From: Candidatus Woesearchaeota archaeon
GTDB taxonomy: Archaea > Nanobdellota > Nanobdellia > SCGC-AAA011-G17 > UBA489
DNA length: 64,000 nt
Assembly: GCA_964366415.1 (NCBI GenBank)
Contig: CAYITG010000001.1
Location: forward strand, 387,203 to 451,202
Direction: 5' to 3'
In this document: positions 57,971 through 64,000 of the stretch, one piece after another
Layout of the letters: each line of letters starts with the position of its first letter
Position numbering within the stretch: position 1 is the first letter of the stretch
Program-made: the position numbers and the translations under genes
Notes under the pieces: generated by a model
What the model saw: only the letters and a program-made list of their open reading frames with translations
Databases searched by the model: none
Told to the model about the DNA's origin: nothing

Positions 57971-58830
57971 ATTTTTTTAACAAAGAGCAGGCCTTTTAAA
58001 TTCTTTTCCATATGTTGTTCTGTCTTTTTTGTCATTTCTCCTGTTGAAATAAAGAGTGTTGGGAGTTTTTTGGCCTGTCCTTTTTGATGCGCTAACGACA
58101 GATCGCTATTTGTAATCTTTTTTTTGTTTTTTGCAATGAGCAACATTTCTATATCACCAATAGATGAATTTATTTTCACAATCGAAATCATTTCTTTATT
58201 TTTTCTTTGAGATAAAAGCTCTACAGGAATGAGATTATTTTTCTTAATGTATGTGTCGATAATTTCGCTAAAGGTGTCATGAATTGGTAGTTTTTGTTTT
58301 CTTTCCAATTTTTGTTGCGTGTCTTCTTTTATTGGTTGTGCATGTATTGGTGCTTGTGTTTGTTGTATTTTTATTTCTGGTTGTTGGATTACTTCTATTA
58401 ATTGTTGCGGTGGATTGAGCAGTTGTTTTAATTCTTCTTCAGACGTGAGATACCAACGCCACATTTTTTCAGCATTATGCTCGAAGGGAATAGCGAAATC
58501 TTTTATTTGCTGTAAAGCGACGCGCATGACTGGTTGTAATTCTTTGTCTTTGATCATTTTTTGTTCTTTTAACATGCCATATGCTTCTTTTTCACGAAGA
58601 GGCAAATGATCATAGAGCTTAGAGAGCTGTTCTTGCTGTTCTGGAAGATAATATACCGGACTTCCGCCAATTCTTGCCGTGCTGATACGTACCATTTTTC
58701 GTGCAATCAAATCGGAAAGAATGGCCCCTGCGTAAAAAGAATCTTTTTCCATTACTTTTGCAATCTGGATGGGGAGTGATGGTCCATTTGCTTGAATAAA
58801 ACCGATGACTTTTTCATAGATAGATTGCAT
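57967..58830 (-). CDS. Conserved DPANN-type hypothetical protein with N-terminal winged helix
   Basis: GPSLPIQIAK, AGAILSDL, GGSPVYYLP and IKDFAIP segments. Confidence 0.75.
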   Translation of the reverse strand: MQSIYEKVIGFIQANGPSLPIQIAKVMEKDSFYAGAILSDLIARKMVRISTARIGGSPVYYLPEQQEQLSKLYDHLPLREKEAYGMLKEQKMIKDKELQPVMRVALQQIKDFAIPFEHNAEKMWRWYLTSEEELKQLLNPPQQLIEVIQQPEIKIQQTQAPIHAQPIKEDTQQKLERKQKLPIHDTFSEIIDTYIKKNNLIPVELLSQRKNKEMISIVKINSSIGDIEMLLIAKNKKKITNSDLSLAHQKGQAKKLPTLFISTGEMTKKTEQHMEKNLKGLLFVKKI

Positions 58831-58962
58831 TCTACAGACGGGAAAACGCAGTTATTTAAGTATTATTGTAACTCACAACGCATTGTTTTCTACTCTTTTT
58901 GTTACTACTTTTAGATGGCTAAAATAGAAAGATTTAAAAAGAAATAGTGTTTTGCACATACT

Positions 58963-59424
58963 ATGATTGAACATTTGCTTACTTCGGAAACATGCGAAAT
59001 TTTAAGACTTTCTCAGCATGCAGCAGTACGGGCCAACAACTCTTCAATCACGCCAGAGAATCTTTTGCAAGGACTTGTCAGTTTTGGTGCAGGAGAAGGA
59101 AAAAATTTCAATGTTCTTGCATTCCTACATCTTAGTTATCATCAATTTGTTGGTGTCTTTAATGAATTTAAGGATGATAAAGAACCATTTAATGTATCTC
59201 TTGTGAGCGTAGGCACACCTCCTAGTTCGAGAACCTTCCATGTTTTCCAAGAAGCTACCTTTTATGCTCAGCGACAAGGACGCCCATATGCACGAGCTGA
59301 AGATCTTCTCTATGCCCTTGCTTTACCCAGAATAAATGGGATAGACTCACGCACATATCATATTTTAGGTCGCCTTGGAGTGAGTACTGCCTCTATAGAA
59401 GAATTAATGAGAAAAAAAGTGTAG
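58963..59424 (+). CDS. Stand-alone Clp N-terminal-domain-like protein
   Basis: Two repeats, A..NNSSITPENLLQGL and A..QGRPYARAEDLLYAL, then ILGRLGV. Confidence 0.65.
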   Translation: MIEHLLTSETCEILRLSQHAAVRANNSSITPENLLQGLVSFGAGEGKNFNVLAFLHLSYHQFVGVFNEFKDDKEPFNVSLVSVGTPPSSRTFHVFQEATFYAQRQGRPYARAEDLLYALALPRINGIDSRTYHILGRLGVSTASIEELMRKKV

Positions 59425-59440
59425 GTGAAGGAGTATTATC

Positions 59441-59755
59441 ATGAATATCAAACATCTTGATCACAAACTACAACAATCTTTTCATTTTGTCCAGAATGAT
59501 ATGATTACATTGCAAAATAGAAATTATGAATTGCTACAACGTGTTGAACGCTTAGAGCGTGCATTGATACAACGAGCTTTTCAACCTCAACAGCGACAGC
59601 AACAGTTACAATTGATTGGCAATCGAGAAACACGAGAAGTTCATACGCCCGATTGCTTATTTGCTCGCAGCATGAACTTTTCACATCAAATTGTCTTTGG
59701 ATCGAAACAAGATGCCTTGCGCGCTGGCTTCAATGAATGCGTGTGCTTATACTAA
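59441..59755 (+). CDS. Coiled-coil protein with an Ada-like metal-binding C-terminus
   Basis: VHTPDC..A...F.SKQDA.RAGF..C.C pattern. Confidence 0.7.
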   Translation: MNIKHLDHKLQQSFHFVQNDMITLQNRNYELLQRVERLERALIQRAFQPQQRQQQLQLIGNRETREVHTPDCLFARSMNFSHQIVFGSKQDALRAGFNECVCLY

Positions 59756-59757
59756 CC

Positions 59758-60276
59758 ATGAATGCTACACTTGAACGAAAACCAAAGGTACCTAATTTTC
59801 TTCCGTTTCTAGAGCATGATGAATCTCGGTTTTTGTATTATCTAGGCTCTACTCAGGTGTATCAACCTTACGATACTCGCGTTCTTGCATCAACAGAAAC
59901 GCCTCTTGGAACTCATCTGGCAAGCATATATCATCTTTATCTTGCTGCGTCTCCTCTCGTATCACGCTATCCTTTTCATGGAAATATGCAATGGAGAAAT
60001 AAATATGGCGTTCTTTCTCTTAACAAACGAATTGCACTTACGCCTTACCAATTTGACAAACCACCTCAAGGAATATGTTTATCTAAAAAAGGATTAGATA
60101 ACATTGTAACATCATGGGAAGAAGATACTTCTCTCTTTGAACAATTCTTCCAGAAACATTTTGCAGCACTCAATGGAGTTCCACTCAAAAAAGAATTTCT
60201 TTTAGAAGAAGATCTTACCTTGCCTATTTTAGATATGGGCATTGTTTTAAGAAGTATGTTTGACAATCTTTTATAA
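59758..60276 (+). CDS. Hypothetical protein
   Basis: ORF starting 2 nt after the upstream stop. Confidence 0.55.
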   Translation: MNATLERKPKVPNFLPFLEHDESRFLYYLGSTQVYQPYDTRVLASTETPLGTHLASIYHLYLAASPLVSRYPFHGNMQWRNKYGVLSLNKRIALTPYQFDKPPQGICLSKKGLDNIVTSWEEDTSLFEQFFQKHFAALNGVPLKKEFLLEEDLTLPILDMGIVLRSMFDNLL

Positions 60277-60301
60277 TTATTTTTAAGTATAACCTACTTT
60301 T

Positions 60302-61339
60302 TTATATTTTGAAGAGATCATTTGTTTCTAGAGGGATAAAATTATCATAACCATATGTGTTACTTGTGATTACAGGGCCATGCGGACCGGTGATGCCTAA
60401 TAATACTGCATATTTGTCCTGCCTGTCCCAATCAAAATCATATGTTCTTGTGTTGCCGTTCTGGTATGTGTCTGTGTATTTGATGGGAAGATCGTTTTGA
60501 TTATAGAAGAATTCTCTGACGGTGTTTTCTTCGAAGGTGCCATCATTGTTGATATCTGCCTTGAAATTTGCTGTTTTGACACGTAATTGACCATCGTACG
60601 TGGGTGTTATGAGTTCTAAATATCTGTTGTTGGTCAAGGATCGATATTGTGTGAGATATCTTGTCTGCCCATCGAATAAGGTGTATGTGATCTCTATACT
60701 TTTAGTGAAATCTGGGAAAATGATGATATCCTCTTTAGGGCCTAAGAGATAATGAATTTCTGGCGGTTTGGAGATACTATTTTGCTGGGCTTCTTGTGGA
60801 GTGCTACCGTACCAACCATTGACCGATGTTTTTTGAAGATGGGAAATATAGACATACTGGAATACTGTATACATGTCAAGACTGGGTGGAACATTGTTAT
60901 CAAGGGGGATAGATGTTTTTACCAGCGTGGGAAATGATGGATTAGCTGCGTAATTGAATTCAAGGTGCTCCTTTTTTACCTTGACGTGATCGTTGATGGA
61001 GAGCAATATTTTACTGCCGGACATGGGATTACCATTGTAATGATAATCTGCTTCATTGTATCTTTGATTATTTTCATAATATTCCTTGCGAAGAAGTTGG
61101 CCGTATGGAGAATAGAGTTCTTTTGTCATATAAGGATCTGATGTGGTGATGACATTGACCTTATGTGTTGCTGGATCGACGAAGACGTTGATGGTTTCTG
61201 TGGACGTGATGAGTTGTTCTGTTGTTTCTCCGACTGCTGATCCGGTGTGGGATGGCTGCTTGAAGATGAGTATTGATGCAATGAGAGCAAGGACTAGAAG
61301 CACCAGTACTATTTTTGTTCTGTTAGGGTGTGTTTTCAT
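60302..61339 (-). CDS. Membrane-anchored beta-rich protein with YD-like repeats
   Basis: N-terminal TM; YSPYGQLL, TYDGQLR, FYNQNDLP and TYGYD segments; ATGA overlap with the upstream gene. Confidence 0.6.
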   Translation of the reverse strand: MKTHPNRTKIVLVLLVLALIASILIFKQPSHTGSAVGETTEQLITSTETINVFVDPATHKVNVITTSDPYMTKELYSPYGQLLRKEYYENNQRYNEADYHYNGNPMSGSKILLSINDHVKVKKEHLEFNYAANPSFPTLVKTSIPLDNNVPPSLDMYTVFQYVYISHLQKTSVNGWYGSTPQEAQQNSISKPPEIHYLLGPKEDIIIFPDFTKSIEITYTLFDGQTRYLTQYRSLTNNRYLELITPTYDGQLRVKTANFKADINNDGTFEENTVREFFYNQNDLPIKYTDTYQNGNTRTYDFDWDRQDKYAVLLGITGPHGPVITSNTYGYDNFIPLETNDLFKI

Positions 61340-63258
61340 ACTGGGTGTGTAATTGGATTGTGGACACATGTTTTCTTTTCTGGGCAGCCTACTGGGCAGC
61401 CTCCAAGGGAGACACATTCGTCTGCGGTATTTGGATCATTGTCGTTGCAGTCTGGAGGGACGCAGTTGTTTACGCAGTCTGATGGGCAGCAGATGCAACC
61501 TCCACCAGCGCTACCTGAACATGATTCTCCTAAGTTTTGACAGGTACCTGTGCATGCAGGAGCTGAACTTGCACAGTCTGTTGGTGGAGAAGGACCATAT
61601 GTTGTAGGATCACGAGAAGGTATTGTACCTGTGCCGCCGCCTGTGCCTGGTGTTGGAGGTGATTGTGATGCAATAGGCGGGGAGACTATTGGAGGATCAT
61701 TTGGACTTGTTGATGGACACTTGATGAGGAAGTTGACATAGATGGGATGTTCTGTTGTGCCACATTTCGTCTTGAACTTGACTGACAACCAAGCTCCTTT
61801 TTTACAGATGCCTGTCACAGCTGCTGCTGTTGATGCTTTGAAGACAAGTTGTCCGTTGAAGATATAGGTTGTTTGTGCAAGATTTTGGGCCCCTACTGCG
61901 CTTCCTCCAGCTCCTATTTGTTGTGGATCCCAACTGATGTGACCAACACCTTGCTGAGAGGCTGAGGAAACGATTAATGTTCCTCCGAAACCATTGTTGG
62001 TGTCATCGGCCATAGCATGAGCCATATCTTCTGGCACGATAATTTGTACATCACCACTGACATAGTGCTCTGTGGCTGGTCCGCTAATCCAGCCGCCATT
62101 GTTGTCTAATCCTTTCCAATCAGATACCATTAGTTGTACTCTGTTGAAATCATAGGCTTGTGTGCACGGAGGTATTGTTGTCGCGCGTGTTGGCGTGGTG
62201 GATGCTGGAGGCGATGATGTTCCGTCTGTTGATGGAGTGGATCCTGGCGTTGCTGGAGGATCACAATCTACTGCTGGATTGGCTTGATTGGCAGGATTGT
62301 TTTGCTGTTCAAATTGTGTTGGGTTGGCCTGCATTTCGGCGATAGCTTGATTGATCATGCCTGGCGTGATCGCAGCAGCTGCAGCTGCTTGTTGGAGTTG
62401 TCTGAGTCTATTGATATAAGATGCCATGGTGATGACTTTGCCTGAATTTTGGACGATGGCAGCACCTGTTGCCATGGGCGTGATTGATGCTAGTCCTAGA
62501 CGAGCTACTATGGCCCCGCATGCTGTGGCCACTAACATATCCATGTATTGACTTGCGCATGGCGGCATGAAGGTCATGTATGGGTAGGATTGTGGATCCC
62601 ATCCTTGGACTGGTGGAAGGCATGGTTCAGTGACTGGTGTTTCTGGTGTTATTTCTATGAATTTATTTTCAGGTGGGCGACGAACTTCAGTTATAATCGT
62701 ATTAATCAGATTATTAAATTGATTTGGATAGGACTCTCTATACTTAAGTACTCTCATCCATTCTTTATAAGAAAACCCAGGTCTTCCACAATACTTTTCG
62801 ATGATTGTTCGAATTCTGTCTCCTAATTGGTTGTTTTCTTGTAGTAATTCATTCGATATGGGATATTGTTCATCTGCAAAGCTATTACCTATCGCAAAAG
62901 AATAAGCATTTAGATAAAAATTCAAGTACACAAGATCATTGCATATCATGGCTTTAGGTACTGGATATACTCCTGTTTGCAATAATCTTTCGTAATAATC
63001 GACCTTTTTTTTAATAAGGCTTAGATGTCTTTTGATTGCATAGTATACACCGGGGAAAGAAGGATCCTGGTTCATAAATGCCGAAGGTTCATCAGATGAT
63101 CCACTGTTACTTACTTCTTGTGTCGTGGTTGTTTGTCGCATTGTTCTGTTGCGCACTGCTGATCCAGTTATTTCTGGAGAGAATATTTGTGCGTTATTGA
63201 CATACCATCCTGCTAAAAGAATAAGTATTAAAGAAGTCCACCATACCCTCTTTTGCAT
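61336..63258 (-). CDS. Secreted multidomain protein with Pro/Thr linkers and a Cys-rich C-terminus
   Basis: N-terminal TM; CNDNDPNTADEC-like Cys repeats. Confidence 0.75.
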   Translation of the reverse strand: MQKRVWWTSLILILLAGWYVNNAQIFSPEITGSAVRNRTMRQTTTTQEVSNSGSSDEPSAFMNQDPSFPGVYYAIKRHLSLIKKKVDYYERLLQTGVYPVPKAMICNDLVYLNFYLNAYSFAIGNSFADEQYPISNELLQENNQLGDRIRTIIEKYCGRPGFSYKEWMRVLKYRESYPNQFNNLINTIITEVRRPPENKFIEITPETPVTEPCLPPVQGWDPQSYPYMTFMPPCASQYMDMLVATACGAIVARLGLASITPMATGAAIVQNSGKVITMASYINRLRQLQQAAAAAAITPGMINQAIAEMQANPTQFEQQNNPANQANPAVDCDPPATPGSTPSTDGTSSPPASTTPTRATTIPPCTQAYDFNRVQLMVSDWKGLDNNGGWISGPATEHYVSGDVQIIVPEDMAHAMADDTNNGFGGTLIVSSASQQGVGHISWDPQQIGAGGSAVGAQNLAQTTYIFNGQLVFKASTAAAVTGICKKGAWLSVKFKTKCGTTEHPIYVNFLIKCPSTSPNDPPIVSPPIASQSPPTPGTGGGTGTIPSRDPTTYGPSPPTDCASSAPACTGTCQNLGESCSGSAGGGCICCPSDCVNNCVPPDCNDNDPNTADECVSLGGCPVGCPEKKTCVHNPITHPV

Positions 63259-63380
63259 TATTATTTCAGATAATAGATGTTTATAAATATTTGCACAAAA
63301 TAAAATAGGGAAATAGAAAGAAGTTTTATGTACTTATTTTTGAAGAGGACTTATAATAAGTATTTTACCATATATTTTAT

Positions 63381-64000
63381 TTATTGAGAGCTTGTACTTA
63401 CCGTATTAGGTGACCGTGATACTCCGCTTTGTGCATTTATCCATGTACTTGCTGTTGGTGTTCCTGGCAATCCACTTTTTGTATAATGATATGATGTGGG
63501 CGGATGCCAAACATATGTTGAGTGGTCTGGTCCATATGACTTATGAGTACTTTCTCCTTTAGCATTATGTACGGGCACTGGAGGAAGGTATTCTGTTACC
63601 GTATGACCTTCAGGATTATCTGCAGGACCATGATAATGCAATTCTGGGTCTATTACTATTGTTGTTGCGAGTTCTGGTGGTTTTTTGATATGAAGATTTG
63701 ATTGATCTGGCGGAACTGCCTTTGATTCATCTGGAGGAATTTGTTGGTGGACCCATCCTGCAGGATGATATGTTGACGCATCTGGGCCAGAATAAGTGTA
63801 ATGATGCCAATCGCTTGGAACGAATTGTGACCAATCTGGGCCAGAATTACTTGCGTGTTGTGAATTTGGAGGAATGTATGTTGTAGCGTCCGGTCCATTT
63901 GGAATTCCATTACTCAAATGAGTTGTTCCTTCTGGCATTGCGGATGATGCTTGCGAACCAAACCCCATGTGCATTTGTCCCGTATCACCATTATAGAGTA
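63381..64000 (-). CDS. His/Pro-rich repeat protein, C-terminal part; starts beyond the window
   Basis: Frame stays open to the window end; degenerate H-x(3-8)-GPD-x-S/T-x-Y/F repeats. Confidence 0.65.
   Translation of the reverse strand, partial: LYNGDTGQMHMGFGSQASSAMPEGTTHLSNGIPNGPDATTYIPPNSQHASNSGPDWSQFVPSDWHHYTYSGPDASTYHPAGWVHQQIPPDESKAVPPDQSNLHIKKPPELATTIVIDPELHYHGPADNPEGHTVTEYLPPVPVHNAKGESTHKSYGPDHSTYVWHPPTSYHYTKSGLPGTPTASTWINAQSGVSRSPNTVSTSSQ

Noticed and set aside
1..64000. CRISPR array, rRNA, transposase or integrase
   Set aside because: No regularly spaced repeats, rRNA-like tracts or recombinase motifs were seen by eye.

Overview
This is a 64 kb chromosomal segment of a small-genome archaeon, most likely DPANN (Woesearchaeota-like), judged from a fused PriS-PriL primase, archaeal ribosomal proteins, histones and many DPANN-style membrane proteins. 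The core content is ftsZ/secE/spt5/rpl11, rpl37ae-rpoP-pfdB-sepF, GlyRS, MetRS, the whole rpl3 to secY/rpl14e ribosomal super-operon, three chromatin proteins (Alba and two histone types) and ten tRNA genes. The most striking signal is a set of tiny (13-32 nt) introns with relaxed bulge-helix-bulge motifs. Eight sit in four tRNAs, including a tRNA-Ile(GAT) split by four introns into exons of 20/9/10/6/30 nt. One 31-nt intron of the same architecture interrupts the protein-coding alba gene; removing it restores the canonical KPxMNYV motif. Three free-standing intein-type LAGLIDADG endonuclease genes each lie directly upstream of, and co-oriented with, a tRNA gene, and one overlaps its tRNA. Several small ORFs missing from the ORF track were recovered. 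All splice sites and structures were derived by hand and need computational or experimental confirmation.
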